From positions 15,652-79,651 of the forward strand of contig CAYQWZ010000004.1 of NCBI GenBank assembly GCA_964421635.1: 64,000 bases of DNA, given 5' to 3'. The translations under genes were made by a program, and so were the position numbers. Under the pieces are notes generated by a model. That model was not told where the DNA came from, made no database searches, and was given only the letters and a program-made list of their open reading frames with translations. The DNA is from an uncultured Candidatus Saccharibacteria bacterium (lineage in GTDB: Bacteria > Patescibacteriota > UBA1384 > CAILIB01 > JAUSJZ01). Shown in pieces: positions 1-10,141 of this stretch (positions are counted from its first letter, which is position 1; the number at the start of each line of letters is the position of its first letter).

Positions 1-654
1 TAGAGAATTTGCACCACTTCTCCTGCCCCTTCCACATTAGTCATAAAAACCTTTCTCTTTAAAAGAAGACCATCATTTGTTTTTTCATCTGAAGATTCTA
101 CTAATCCTCCTATAGATTCAGCGGGAATTTTTTCAATAGGACTAATGTATCCACTAGCATCTGCCGTCATAGTAAAGTTATAGGCGTTATCTGGCCCAAA
201 CTTCTGAGTACCAAAGTTCAACAGCTGTGCTCCGTCCTCATTACTAAATGAAAAGAACCATTTTTTTGGTACCTTTATTTTAAACCCAGCTGCCTGAACT
301 TCGGTACCTTCAAAATCAACTTTCTCTTCACTTGGCTGTTCTTCATCTGTCGGCTCTTCCTTCGGCTCTTCCTTTTTTTCAGCCTCTTTTACATCTCCCT
401 CCTCGGCTCTTTCATCTTTATTTTCTTGAGCTGGCGTTATCTCAGCAACTTTCTCTTCTTTCGGCATTACTTCACCCTCTTCATCTGTCGCCCTACCGAG
501 CGCTATTATGACCATAGCTGACACCACCACAATGAGTACTAAGTACCAAATGATTTTGAGCTGTTTTTTTCGTCGCCTAGGCATTAAAGTTAGCATCTAA
601 GCGCATTATAGAACAATTTTAGGACTATAACCAACTATTTGCTAAATTTAGATT

Positions 655-1035
655 ATGATCACTTTTGTTGAAAGCAAACCAGCGCGAGAAAATCACCTGC
701 AATTACTTAATCAATCTCACTCAAATTGGACTTTGGAGCGAAAAGAAGCCGCTCTGTTGGCATTTTTGAACAGTCAGTATGCAGCCTGCGCCTATGATGA
801 AGACAGGTTAATTGGTACTGTGCGAGTTTTGTCTGACAGGGTAGGATTCGGACTGATTGCCGATTTGTTGGTTCACCCAGATTACCGTCGACAGGGCATT
901 GCCAGCACATTATTAGATATGTGTGAAAAAAGGTTCTCCGGTTTTCATCTTTATGCAGAAGCCGGAAGCAAGGAAGCACAAAAGCTCTATAATAAGAGAA
1001 GCTACAAATCAATTGAAATATTTAAAAAAGAATAG
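655..1035 (+). CDS. GNAT-family N-acetyltransferase (small, 126 aa)
   Basis: ORF with an acetyl-CoA binding-like motif LVHPDYRRQGIASTLL, typical of the GNAT fold. No closer assignment is possible. Confidence 0.55.
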   Translation: MITFVESKPARENHLQLLNQSHSNWTLERKEAALLAFLNSQYAACAYDEDRLIGTVRVLSDRVGFGLIADLLVHPDYRRQGIASTLLDMCEKRFSGFHLYAEAGSKEAQKLYNKRSYKSIEIFKKE

Positions 1036-1089
1036 CCAAGCTATTAATCATTGAATTATCAGGTCTATTCTGGTAAAGTAGCCAAGTAA

Positions 1090-1163
1090 TCGGGGATCGT
1101 CTAATGGTAGGACACCAGGTTTTGGTCCTGGGAATCGGGGTTCGAGCCCCTGTCCCCGAACCA
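1090..1163 (+). tRNA. tRNA-Gln (anticodon TTG)
   Basis: Cloverleaf readable from the sequence: acceptor TCGGGGA/TCCCCGA with the U1:A72 pair typical of tRNA-Gln, anticodon stem CCAGG/CCTGG, loop TTTTGGT, T-arm GGGGTTCGAGCCCC, and a 3' CCA encoded. Confidence 0.8.
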
Positions 1164-1236
1164 AAGAAAAAAGCGAATACTTAATGTAGTCGCTTTTTTC
1201 TTTTGTCTTATAGGTAGTATTTCATTATATAAAAAA

Positions 1237-1583
1237 GCCTAGCATGCTAATTGATAAGCCGAGTTCTGTTTATGATGCCATCTATCTAGGCGTCAGGATC
1301 CAGCTAAACCGAAAGTCACCGTTATTTAGCCGTCCCAACCTGACTTGCTTCGCGTTAGGTTTACCACTTTTGTACGTCACCGTACAGAAGGATTTGTTTT
1401 TACCAAATCTTTTCACCCTTACCTTGGAGATCATTGCAGCCTCTCGGCTGTTTTGAACATAAGGCGGTTTATTTTCTGCGGCACTTGCTCGCACCTTGCG
1501 ATGGGTTGCATTTCGCAACAACGCTGACTTGGAAGCTCGGACTTTCCTCTGCAAAATAAATAAGCAGTAGCATCTTCAATTAG
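1237..1583 (-). ncRNA. rnpB: RNase P RNA (bacterial type A-like)
   Basis: The minus-strand sense carries the universally conserved P4-region motif AGGAAAGTCCGAGCTTCC (consensus AGGAAAGUCCGGGCUCC), GGTAAGGGTGAAA (P10-12 region), and the 3' motif ACAGAACTCGGCTTAT (consensus ACAGAACCCGGCUUA). The terminal P1 helix is CCTAGCAGGCTAATTGA...TCAATTAGCATGCTAGG. The overlapping 60-90 aa ORF-track calls here are spurious. Confidence 0.85.
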
Positions 1584-1644
1584 CCTGCTAGGCTGTGCTG
1601 AATATACCCTATTTTAGGGGTTTTGTCAACCAAAAAGTGCAACT

Positions 1645-4515
1645 TTACAATACTCTTTTCAGATAGTTTCCAGTATAGCTTTTGGCAACCGATGCCACCT
1701 GTTCAGGTGTGCCTTCAGCTACTACTTTTCCACCTTTGTCGCCCCCTTCAGGGCCTAAATCAATTACCCAGTCGGCGCTCTTAATAACATCAATATTATG
1801 CTCAATAATTAAAATAGTATTTCCTTTATCTACCAAGCGCTGCAGTACTCCCAGTAATTTGTTAATATCTTCAAAATGTAATCCGGTGGTGGGTTCGTCC
1901 AAAATGTAAATAGTACGGCCGGTTGAACGGCGTGAAAGTTCTGTAGCTAATTTAATTCTTTGCGCTTCTCCACCAGATAAGGTAGTGGCAGGTTGGCCTA
2001 AATGCATATATCCTAAACCAACATCTGACAACACCTTTAGTTTGCGCTTTATTGCCGGCACATTACCAAAGAAGATTAAAGCCTCGTCAACAGTCATATT
2101 TAATACTTCTGAAATATTCTTGCCTTTATACAAAATTTGCAGAGCTTCGTCGTTGTAGCGTTTACCCTTACAGACTTCACACTTAATATAAATATCGGGC
2201 AAGAAATTCATCTCAATTTTCTTAACGCCATCTCCGGCGCAAGATTCACAACGACCACCTTTAACATTAAATGAGAAACGACCAGACGAGTAGCCGCGCG
2301 ACTTAGCCTCTTTTGTTTTAGCAAACAGTTCGCGAACATAAGTAAAGACACCCGTATATGTAGCCGGATTAGAACGAGGAGTTCGTCCAATTGGCGACTG
2401 ATCAATATTAATAACCTTGTCTAGCTGGTCTAAACCGCAAATTTCTTTATGTTTACCAGCTATTGCCCGCGCCCGATGATAGTGAGCGCTCAATGCTTTG
2501 GCCAAAATATCATAAACTAATGTAGATTTACCTGAGCCCGAGACTCCCGAAACACAGACAAATAACCCAAGCGGAATTTTAACATCAATCTTTTTTAAAT
2601 TATTCTCTTCAGCTTTTATAATTTTCAACATCCTTCTTGAAGGATTACGCCGTACGGAAGGAACTTTAATTTCTTTTTCGTTTCTTAAGTATTTAGCAGT
2701 TAATCCATCTCCTTTCATAACTTCGGCGGGAGTTCCTTGAGCTACAATTTCTCCACCAAGCTTGCCAGCCCCAGGGCCAATGTCAATTAAGTGGTCAGCA
2801 GCTTTCATAGTGTCTTCATCGTGTTCAACCACAATTACTGTGTTTCCCAAATCTCTTAAATCTTTCAGGGTCTCAAGTAGTTTGTCGTTATCGCGTTGGT
2901 GCAAACCAATAGAAGGCTCATCTAATATATAAAGTACACCAGTCAAACCTGACCCAATTTGAGTTGCTAGACGGATTCGTTGCGCTTCCCCACCAGCTAA
3001 TGTATTAGCACTTCTATCGAGCGTTAAATAATCTAGCCCAACATTACGAAGAAACTCTAATCTTGTTTGAATCTCTTTCAATATTTGAGTAGCAATTTGT
3101 AACTGCACTTCGCTGATATTTTTTGGCAACTCCTTAAAAAATTTGGCTGCCTGTTCAATATTTAAATTGTTGATATCTACAATACTTTTTTCAGCAATCT
3201 TAACACATAAAATTTCATCTTTAAGTCTTCCACCCTCACAGACTGGGCAGATTTGAGATACCATGTACTTTTCAATTTCTGTTCGAATATATTCTGAGTC
3301 TGTCTCCTTATAACGACGGTGTAAATTAGGTATGACACCTTCATAAGTTGTAGTATATCCATCTATATCTATCTCATCATCTCCCATACCATAAAGAACA
3401 ACCTCTTTTTGCTTCTTTGTTAAATCTTTAAATGGAATATCTAAACTGAATCCTTTTTTAGCACTAACTGCATTTAAAATTCTCATCATCCAAGTCTCTG
3501 AATTGGTTGAACGACTCCAAGGTCTAATGGCTCCTTCGGCGATAGTCAATTTTTCGTTAGGTACAATGCGGTCTGGCTCTAACTGTTGCAAGGTTCCCAA
3601 TCCCTGACATTTGTGACAGGCCCCATGCGGACTATTGAATGAAAACATTCTTGGCTCCAACTCAGCTAAAGCAAAGTCACAATCGGGACAAGCGAAATGC
3701 TCCGAATATAAAACTGTCTTCTCTTTCTCCATATCCATTACCTCAACATAACCCTCAGACATTTTGAGAGCTTTTTCTACAGAATCTAAAATTCTTACCC
3801 TTTCATCTTCTGATACATCGGACTCGTCACCTTCGGTGCCGTCAACTATTAGTCGATCTATTACCGTTTCAATAGTGTGTTTTTTCTGTTTGTCCAGTTC
3901 TTGCTGCATAGCTTCCTCAATATCCATCAATTGTCCGTCAACTTTTACTCGGGCAAATCCTGATTTCAAAATTCTATTTAAAACAGCTTTGTGCTCCCCT
4001 TTTCGGTCTCTTATCATTGGCGAGAGAATCATAATACGGTTAACTTTGCCTTTCGCCTTGTGGATAATTTTATCCACAATTTGAGTCGCAGACTGTTTCT
4101 CAACCTTGCCATGACCGTTTGGACAAATAATTTCTCCGACGCGCGCCCAAAGTAATCTCATATAGTCATACACTTCGGTCACTGTACCCACTGTAGATCG
4201 TGGGTTTCTTGAGGAATTTTTCTGATCAATTGAGATAGCCGGTGACAATCCTTCTATATGATCAAGATCAGGTTTTTCCATTATTCCTAAAAATTGCCTA
4301 GCATAAGCAGAAAGACTTTCTACATAGCGTCTTTGACCTTCAGCATACAAAGTATCAAAGGCCAATGACGACTTACCCGAACCTGATAGACCAGTAATTA
4401 CTACCAGCTGGTTTCGGGGTATTTCGATATCAATGTTTTTGAGATTGTGCTCACGAGCACCAGTAACTTTTATATATGATTGTTGTGTATCCATAAACAA
4501 GTGCAACTCTATCAC
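1645..4515 (-). CDS. uvrA: excinuclease ABC subunit A (UvrA)
   Basis: 956 aa with two ABC ATPase modules ([14 protein letters not shown] and [11 protein letters not shown] Walker A; LSGGEAQR signature appears twice) and zinc-finger cysteine clusters. Length is typical for UvrA. Confidence 0.97.
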   Translation of the reverse strand: MIELHLFMDTQQSYIKVTGAREHNLKNIDIEIPRNQLVVITGLSGSGKSSLAFDTLYAEGQRRYVESLSAYARQFLGIMEKPDLDHIEGLSPAISIDQKNSSRNPRSTVGTVTEVYDYMRLLWARVGEIICPNGHGKVEKQSATQIVDKIIHKAKGKVNRIMILSPMIRDRKGEHKAVLNRILKSGFARVKVDGQLMDIEEAMQQELDKQKKHTIETVIDRLIVDGTEGDESDVSEDERVRILDSVEKALKMSEGYVEVMDMEKEKTVLYSEHFACPDCDFALAELEPRMFSFNSPHGACHKCQGLGTLQQLEPDRIVPNEKLTIAEGAIRPWSRSTNSETWMMRILNAVSAKKGFSLDIPFKDLTKKQKEVVLYGMGDDEIDIDGYTTTYEGVIPNLHRRYKETDSEYIRTEIEKYMVSQICPVCEGGRLKDEILCVKIAEKSIVDINNLNIEQAAKFFKELPKNISEVQLQIATQILKEIQTRLEFLRNVGLDYLTLDRSANTLAGGEAQRIRLATQIGSGLTGVLYILDEPSIGLHQRDNDKLLETLKDLRDLGNTVIVVEHDEDTMKAADHLIDIGPGAGKLGGEIVAQGTPAEVMKGDGLTAKYLRNEKEIKVPSVRRNPSRRMLKIIKAEENNLKKIDVKIPLGLFVCVSGVSGSGKSTLVYDILAKALSAHYHRARAIAGKHKEICGLDQLDKVINIDQSPIGRTPRSNPATYTGVFTYVRELFAKTKEAKSRGYSSGRFSFNVKGGRCESCAGDGVKKIEMNFLPDIYIKCEVCKGKRYNDEALQILYKGKNISEVLNMTVDEALIFFGNVPAIKRKLKVLSDVGLGYMHLGQPATTLSGGEAQRIKLATELSRRSTGRTIYILDEPTTGLHFEDINKLLGVLQRLVDKGNTILIIEHNIDVIKSADWVIDLGPEGGDKGGKVVAEGTPEQVASVAKSYTGNYLKRVL

Positions 4516-4603
4516 AAATCAATAATCTGTGCAACAAGTCAAAGCTAAATAGTATGTGCTAAACTAGTTATTAGAGTATCTATAATTAGTAATTTTTGAT
4601 CTT

Positions 4604-5059
4604 ATGGAGAACACTGAAGAATTTGACACAGTGGTCGGAGGAGATGTTGTTCTAGCTGGCAGCATTAAAAACTCCGGTTCAATATTAATTAATGGAACTG
4701 TTGAAGGAGATGTAATCTCTCAACAATCTGTTGTCATTGGGGCAGATGCAAAAGTAGTCGGGCCAGTCGAAGCCCAAACAGTACAAGTGTCAGGTACCGT
4801 CGAAGGCTCAATAAAGGCTTCTGACACATTAGAGATGATGCCTGATAGCAAAGTTAAAGGAGATATTCAAGCTGGTACTTTGCATATTCAACCAGGCGCT
4901 TCATTCATTGGCACATCATCTATGCCCGATGAAGTAGGTTCGACAAAATTGGAGAAAGTAGATGAGAGTGATAAAGAAAATGAAGCGGAAAAGGATGAAG
5001 ATAAGGGAGAAGAAAAGAAAACCAAAACTAAACCTAAGCTTGAATTAGAGAGTGAATAG
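4604..5059 (+). CDS. bactofilin-family cytoskeletal protein with acidic KE-rich tail
   Basis: Repetitive beta-helix-like pattern (GDVVLAGSIKNSGSILINGTVEGDVIS, VVIGADAKVVGPV, VQVSGTVEGSI) characteristic of the DUF583/bactofilin family. The C-terminus is a charged low-complexity tail. Confidence 0.7.
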   Translation: MENTEEFDTVVGGDVVLAGSIKNSGSILINGTVEGDVISQQSVVIGADAKVVGPVEAQTVQVSGTVEGSIKASDTLEMMPDSKVKGDIQAGTLHIQPGASFIGTSSMPDEVGSTKLEKVDESDKENEAEKDEDKGEEKKTKTKPKLELESE

Positions 5060-5064
5060 CATTT

Positions 5065-5805
5065 GTGTATTATTTTATTTTCGATTACCCCACAACCAAA
5101 CGGTTGGCAGATTTAGCAAAAAATATTGAAGATGCTGTAGTAGATAGCGGAATCGCCGGAGAAATAATTGAGCTTAATCCTACCAAGAATTTAGATAATT
5201 TGTTAGCCGATGCTAGTCAGAAAGGATACCAAACTCTAGTCATAGTTGGAGGGGCAAAACTTGTAAACAAAACAGCCGCCAAGCTTTTGAGGTACGATAT
5301 GGTGCTTGGCGTAATTCCGCTTGGTGAAATTCCAACCCTCTTTGAAAAAATCAAATGTGAAAATTGGCAGGAGGCAGTAGCCGCTCTCAAGCGTCGGCGC
5401 TGGGAGCACACGCCGCTTGGCCATATTAATAACACCAACATCTTTTTAACTAGAGCAAAACTTGATCTTGAATCAATTACTAAAATAAAAATTGCAGTGA
5501 AAGGATTCGAACTAGAAACAGAGGTAGAGAGCGCTATAGTAACTACTACTGCCAACAAAAGAGGTGAGAATTTAGTAACAGTAACAAGTTTCGGCCCTAA
5601 AGAGAAGAAAGGGTTTTTAAAAAATATCTTTGGCTCTAAGACAGCTGAAGATAATAAGTACTCCAAGTTTAGCTATCCTTCTATAACAATAGACTCAGAA
5701 GAACCAATCTCTATAGATGTTGACCACCTAACTATTGGTCGCACCCCAGCCACTTTTAGTGTCATTCCTAAGGCTCTAAGATTAATTGTGGGCAAAAAGG
5801 GCTAA
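5065..5805 (+). CDS. hypothetical protein, diacylglycerol/lipid-kinase (DAGK_cat)-like with degenerate GGDGT motif
   Basis: TLVIVGGAKLVNKTAAKL resembles the GGDGT nucleotide-binding motif of the DAGK/NAD-kinase fold but is degenerate (GGAKL). Assignment is weak. Confidence 0.3.
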   Translation: MYYFIFDYPTTKRLADLAKNIEDAVVDSGIAGEIIELNPTKNLDNLLADASQKGYQTLVIVGGAKLVNKTAAKLLRYDMVLGVIPLGEIPTLFEKIKCENWQEAVAALKRRRWEHTPLGHINNTNIFLTRAKLDLESITKIKIAVKGFELETEVESAIVTTTANKRGENLVTVTSFGPKEKKGFLKNIFGSKTAEDNKYSKFSYPSITIDSEEPISIDVDHLTIGRTPATFSVIPKALRLIVGKKG

Positions 5806-5849
5806 GGTGTTGTCAATAATAAATATATCTGGTAGAGTATTTGAAGTAG

Positions 5850-6407
5850 TTGAGTAAAAAAAGATTTAACAACAATTCGAAAAATAATTGGCTTCCAGTT
5901 AACGAGCATATTTATGCTAATGAGCTAATGGTTATTGACGAAAGTTCGGGAAAAACTGAACTAATGTCAAAATCAAAAGCCCTAGCAGTTGCAGCCGAGC
6001 AGGAGTTAGATTTAGTGCTTGTCTCACCAAAAGCAAGACCTCCGGTTGCTAAAATTTTAGACTACGGTAAATACAAATATGAACAGAGCCGTAAAGATAA
6101 GCAACAGAAGAAACAGTCAAAAGCCGGGGAGACAAAAGAGATTCGTCTGAGTGTCAGAATGGGAGAACATGATCGTGAACAGCGAATTAAAAAAGCTTCA
6201 AAATTTCTTAAACAAGGCTACGGTATATCTTTATCACTGCGCTTCCAAGGAAGAGAAAATATTTTTCGGGAAAAAGGTTTAGAGGTATTAGAAGATTTTG
6301 CCAAGCGGCTTAATATGAATTTTACTGCTAGACCAAGATTCGCGGGTAACATAGTAAACGTTCAACTGAAAAAAAATGAAAGCGAAAACACACAAGAGCA
6401 AAGCTAA
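5850..6407 (+). CDS. infC: translation initiation factor IF-3
   Basis: NELMVIDESSGKTELMSKSKALAVAAEQELDLVLVSP matches the IF-3 N-domain, and C-terminal conservation follows. The true start may be a non-ATG codon as in many infC genes. The gene leads the conserved infC-rpmI-rplT order. Confidence 0.9.
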   Translation: MSKKRFNNNSKNNWLPVNEHIYANELMVIDESSGKTELMSKSKALAVAAEQELDLVLVSPKARPPVAKILDYGKYKYEQSRKDKQQKKQSKAGETKEIRLSVRMGEHDREQRIKKASKFLKQGYGISLSLRFQGRENIFREKGLEVLEDFAKRLNMNFTARPRFAGNIVNVQLKKNESENTQEQS

Positions 6408-6558
6408 ACGAATTGCTAGAACAAAATCTGGTCTCGTTTCGCGTGCTAGAGTTAATCATCAGCATATTCGTTCAAGAAAAAGTAAGCGACAACTTAGAGC
6501 TGCTAAAACTCGTACAACCTCAATTCATAAAACCGACAAGAAATTAATGCTCAGCTAA
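6376..6558 (+). CDS. rpmI: 50S ribosomal protein L35
   Basis: Small, very basic 60-aa protein (KTHKSKAKRIARTKSG...) lying between infC and rplT. It overlaps the end of infC. Confidence 0.8.
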   Translation: MKAKTHKSKAKRIARTKSGLVSRARVNHQHIRSRKSKRQLRAAKTRTTSIHKTDKKLMLS

Positions 6559-6562
6559 CACT

Positions 6563-6910
6563 ATGTCTAAAGTAAAAAACAGCACAACTAAAAGAAAAAA
6601 ACATCGCGCTCTTTTGGCTCAAACAAAAGGCTTCAGACTAAAGCGCAAGAGTGTTTTTAAAAGAGCCAAAGAGGCCATCTTGAAAGCTGGTCCTTACGCT
6701 TACAAACATCGAAAGATGAAGAAGCGCATTAACCGCCGACTTTGGAATATTAAAATCAACGCCGCTGCCAGACTAAACGGCACCACTTATAGTAAGTTAA
6801 TTAAAAATTTAAAAGACCACAAGATTGAATTAAATCGCAAAGTACTTGCAGAAATTGCCGAGAAAGATGACAAGGCGTTCAGCGCTATTGTGAAGGCTGC
6901 CGCCAAATAG
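6563..6910 (+). CDS. rplT: 50S ribosomal protein L20
   Basis: 115-aa basic protein carrying the L20 motifs RAKEA..KAGPYAYKHRK..NRRLWNIKINAAAR, directly after rpmI. Confidence 0.9.
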   Translation: MSKVKNSTTKRKKHRALLAQTKGFRLKRKSVFKRAKEAILKAGPYAYKHRKMKKRINRRLWNIKINAAARLNGTTYSKLIKNLKDHKIELNRKVLAEIAEKDDKAFSAIVKAAAK

Positions 6911-7262
6911 AAACATAGGTTTGAACTAGCCACAATAGACCGACCCAAATGAAGACATCCGCCAAATTGGTGGATATTTTAATTTGCCCCAAAGTTATAT
7001 TTATATAATCTACTGCCCCACCGTAAATAAGTTTGTCTAAACAGTTCGAGAATAATCCTATAAAAGTTAATAATATAGGATTCAAAAAAAACTTTTTTTG
7101 CCTCAACAGAAATATTGCGGCAATTATGAAGATAACGCCAAACTGCCAACTAAATATAAAATGGCTATTCATATTTGATGAAAGAATAAATTTAAATAGC
7201 CTATCTGCAAAAAAACCTACTAATAAAAAATAGATTATAAACTTAGTCTGTTTCGGCTGCAC
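6885..7262 (-). CDS. lspA: lipoprotein signal peptidase (signal peptidase II), possibly N-terminally longer with non-ATG start
   Basis: Polytopic membrane ORF with LspA C-terminal motifs GGAVDYINI and NLADVFIWVG (consensus GGA..N..DR...VDF and FN.AD). It lies next to lgt. 125 aa is short for LspA. Confidence 0.55.
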   Translation of the reverse strand: MQPKQTKFIIYFLLVGFFADRLFKFILSSNMNSHFIFSWQFGVIFIIAAIFLLRQKKFFLNPILLTFIGLFSNCLDKLIYGGAVDYINITLGQIKISTNLADVFIWVGLLWLVQTYVSIWRQPSQ

Positions 7263-7584
7263 TTTGAGCTTCTGGCATTATTTCTAATCGACCTTGTTCA
7301 ATCGGCTCTTTTGTTTTAATATCAAGACCGTAAGTACCTTTCTCAATTCGCTTTAATGCTAACTTCACATTCCTAAGCAAATCGTCAACATTATGTTTGA
7401 TGTGCAAATTACCTTCAAACTCTGAAGCCTCTTGAGCAGTATCATCTGGAGAATTACCAATATCGGGAAACTCGGCCAGCTCTTCTTGCTTAAGTGTTAG
7501 CTCTTTTAATTTATCTTCTAAACGCTTTTTCTGTTTAGCGATAAATTTATCTGTAAGATGTATGTTTCTTCTTTCTTTTTCCAT
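7243..7584 (-). CDS. DksA/TraR-family protein lacking the zinc-finger cysteines
   Basis: The C-terminus GTYGLDIKTKEPIEQGRLEIMPEAQS fits the DksA/TraR pattern GxYGxCxxCGxxI..RL...P.A, with every Cys replaced. It is preceded by a coiled-coil region. The start is taken at the internal Met (MEKERRNI), because the longer ORF overlaps lgt. Confidence 0.45.
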   Translation of the reverse strand: MEKERRNIHLTDKFIAKQKKRLEDKLKELTLKQEELAEFPDIGNSPDDTAQEASEFEGNLHIKHNVDDLLRNVKLALKRIEKGTYGLDIKTKEPIEQGRLEIMPEAQSAAETD

Positions 7585-8230
7585 AACTAATAACAATAAT
7601 ACCACATATAGCAAATGATAAAGCAACCAGCTGACTTATATTCAGGGAAAGAAACATATCTGGTAGGCTGCGGTAAAAATCAATAACGAATCTAGCTAAT
7701 CCATAAAAAATTAATATAACCCATAGGAGCTGGCCTTGATAAGCTTTTCGTTGGTACATTTTCAACACAATAAAAAATATTACTAACAAAGCTAGGCTCT
7801 CCATTAACTGTATTGGTACCCTATTGTAGAAGGATAAAAACTGGTCATTGCCCACCCCATAAGCGTCACGGTTTAAATAGTTACCTACCCGCCCAATTGA
7901 CCAAGCCAATACCGCCGTCAAAGAAAAAGTATCTAAAAGAGTTGGTAAATTCTCAGCTCGCCGGCGCCGCCAATAAAATATTAATAGCCCAAATATTATT
8001 CCTCCAAAAGAAATTAATCCGGATTGCCAAAAAGAGATATAGTCTAAAATATTTTCCGCTCCATTAAATAAAACATAGGCGATTCGAGCGCCTATTAAGC
8101 CAACCAAAAAAGACCAGAAATAGTCAGCCACCAAAATAACCTTCGATTCTTTCCTGTTTAGAGACACATAAAGTATCAGCCCAACAATTGCCCCCAGCGT
8201 AAAGAAAAGACTATGGTAATTAACATACAT
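7547..8230 (-). CDS. lgt: prolipoprotein diacylglyceryl transferase
   Basis: Polytopic membrane protein with the Lgt signature region SIGRVGNYLNRDAYG and YGLARFVIDFYR. Confidence 0.85.
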   Translation of the reverse strand: MYVNYHSLFFTLGAIVGLILYVSLNRKESKVILVADYFWSFLVGLIGARIAYVLFNGAENILDYISFWQSGLISFGGIIFGLLIFYWRRRRAENLPTLLDTFSLTAVLAWSIGRVGNYLNRDAYGVGNDQFLSFYNRVPIQLMESLALLVIFFIVLKMYQRKAYQGQLLWVILIFYGLARFVIDFYRSLPDMFLSLNISQLVALSFAICGIIVISYGKRKKKHTSYR

Positions 8231-8286
8231 TGACGCTATATTAGCACAGTACTGCCCGCCGCTATCATTTTTGTTAATGTAAAACC

Positions 8287-8880
8287 ATGGATCAAATAGA
8301 GTCGGAAAATATTTCTTTCAAAACATTTATTTGGGAGACTGCTAAAACAGTTTTTTATGTTGCTGTTCTGGCTGTCATTATTCGTACTTTTCTTATTCAA
8401 CCCTTCATAGTAGAAGGCCGCAGCATGGAACCAAACTTCTCTAATAACGACTATTTGCTAATTGACAAGCTCACCTATCGAGTAAGAGGGCCAAAGCGTG
8501 GTGAAATAATTGTTTTTAAATATCCAAAAAACCCTAGAGAAAATTACATTAAAAGAATTATAGGATTACCTAACGAAACAGTAGTCATTGAAGATAATTC
8601 GGTAACCGTTATAAATCAAGCTAATCCTGAAGGATTCAAGCTGAACGAAGATTATCTATCTGCTGACGAAATTACTGAGGCCTTAGGTCAACAGAATAAA
8701 CTGAGTCTTTCCCTACAAGATGGCGAGTACTTTGTTTTAGGTGATAACCGTAACGCCTCTCAAGATTCCAGAGTGTTTGGCAAAGTCGATAAAAGTTACT
8801 TTATTGGGCGCAGCTTAATTAGGCTGTTACCACTGTCACAGATTCGGGTTTACGCTGCTCCAGCCTCTCTTTCACAATAA
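8287..8880 (+). CDS. lepB: signal peptidase I
   Basis: N-terminal TM anchor, catalytic Ser box GRSMEPNF, Lys box YIKRIIGLPNETV, and the C-terminal YFVLGDNRNASQDSR box. Confidence 0.85.
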   Translation: MDQIESENISFKTFIWETAKTVFYVAVLAVIIRTFLIQPFIVEGRSMEPNFSNNDYLLIDKLTYRVRGPKRGEIIVFKYPKNPRENYIKRIIGLPNETVVIEDNSVTVINQANPEGFKLNEDYLSADEITEALGQQNKLSLSLQDGEYFVLGDNRNASQDSRVFGKVDKSYFIGRSLIRLLPLSQIRVYAAPASLSQ

Positions 8881-10141
8881 GCTGAATTGGTGTGAGCTCA
8901 ATTTTTTCTTTCGTTCTTATCGTATTAATAATGTGTTTAAGGTGATGTCTAGCAATTCTTTTGTTAGTTTCTAAAACAAATTGCGGAGGATTAATATTGT
9001 CTTGAATGAGTGATTTAATGCCAATAAAAGATTGGTGCTCTCTTTGCAATTCAAATAAAAGATTTTTAGCAGTTTGGTCATCAATTCTCTTAGCTCGATT
9101 CTTTTTAACTTCTTTAATTTGTTGAATTAAGGGAGCAATATTCTTTTTCTCTTTAGCGGAAATAAAAACGACTGGAATGTAGGGTGCAAATGAGAACTTC
9201 TTTATTAACTTGTCTAACTGTTTATCTATGAAGCTGTCTTGATCTTCTTCAATTCGATCTAATTTATTCAAGACCAAGATTACTGATGCTCCATTAGTAA
9301 TAGCTGCGTTAGCTATTTTCAGATCTTGAACTGCTATGCCATCTACCAAATCGATAACCAACATAACGCAATCAACTTCGCCTAAGGTTTTCTCAATCCT
9401 TAAGGTTGAATATCTATTAACGCCTTTCATTGACTTGGCTCTGCGACCTAATCCGGCTGTATCAATTAGCTGTAGCTTGTTCTTTACACCAACATCAATT
9501 TTAACTAAATCTCTGGTGGTACCGGCAATGTCAGAAACAATTGAGATATCTGAATTGGAGATTGCATTAACCAAGGTTGATTTACCCGCATTTGGTCGTC
9601 CCAAAACTGCTACCGCGAATCTCTTTTCTTCAGCAAAAGGCTTGGCATAACCTTTCAGATATTCAATTAGATTAAATACTCCAATATTATGGATAGCCGA
9701 AACAAAGAACAGTTTATCTTTTTCAAATTTTATCTGTCGCAAAAGGTTCTCTTCAATAGCTGCATTATCTGCTTTATTGGCAACTATTAAAAAGGGTTTA
9801 TTGAGTTTTCTGACTTCTCTTAAAATCCTTTCGTCTTCAGCTGTAATTCCTTCTATTGCATCAATAATAAATAATATAAGAGTTATTCCTTGCATCACCT
9901 TCTTTTTTTGCAGTTGAGATAATTTTATAATTTCGTCTGTAGTCTTATTAACATCGCCAGCACTATCTACCAGCTCGACTGATTTTTTTCCAAAATGAAG
10001 TAATGATCTAACAAGATCTCTAGTGGTGTGAGCCTCGCCGTGTTCAATCGCTTCCCTTCTTCCGATAAGTCGGTTGAAAAGTGTTGATTTTCCCACATTT
10101 GGTCTGCCAACGAGTATTATAGAAGCAGGATGTTGGTTCAT
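8819..10141 (-). CDS. der: ribosome-associated GTPase Der (EngA)
   Basis: Two tandem GTPase domains (VGRPNVGKSTLFNRL and VLGRPNAGKSTLVNAI, each with DTAG) followed by a KH-like C-terminal domain. Confidence 0.9.
   Translation of the reverse strand: MNQHPASIILVGRPNVGKSTLFNRLIGRREAIEHGEAHTTRDLVRSLLHFGKKSVELVDSAGDVNKTTDEIIKLSQLQKKKVMQGITLILFIIDAIEGITAEDERILREVRKLNKPFLIVANKADNAAIEENLLRQIKFEKDKLFFVSAIHNIGVFNLIEYLKGYAKPFAEEKRFAVAVLGRPNAGKSTLVNAISNSDISIVSDIAGTTRDLVKIDVGVKNKLQLIDTAGLGRRAKSMKGVNRYSTLRIEKTLGEVDCVMLVIDLVDGIAVQDLKIANAAITNGASVILVLNKLDRIEEDQDSFIDKQLDKLIKKFSFAPYIPVVFISAKEKKNIAPLIQQIKEVKKNRAKRIDDQTAKNLLFELQREHQSFIGIKSLIQDNINPPQFVLETNKRIARHHLKHIINTIRTKEKIELTPIQLIVKERLEQRKPESVTVVTA

Noticed and set aside
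1244-1554. Three overlapping 60-90-aa ORFs (1244-1456 +, 1282-1554 -, 1345-1527 +)
   Set aside because: They lie entirely within the RNase P RNA gene, where conserved P4, P10-12 and 3' motifs are present. This is GC-rich structured RNA producing chance ORFs.
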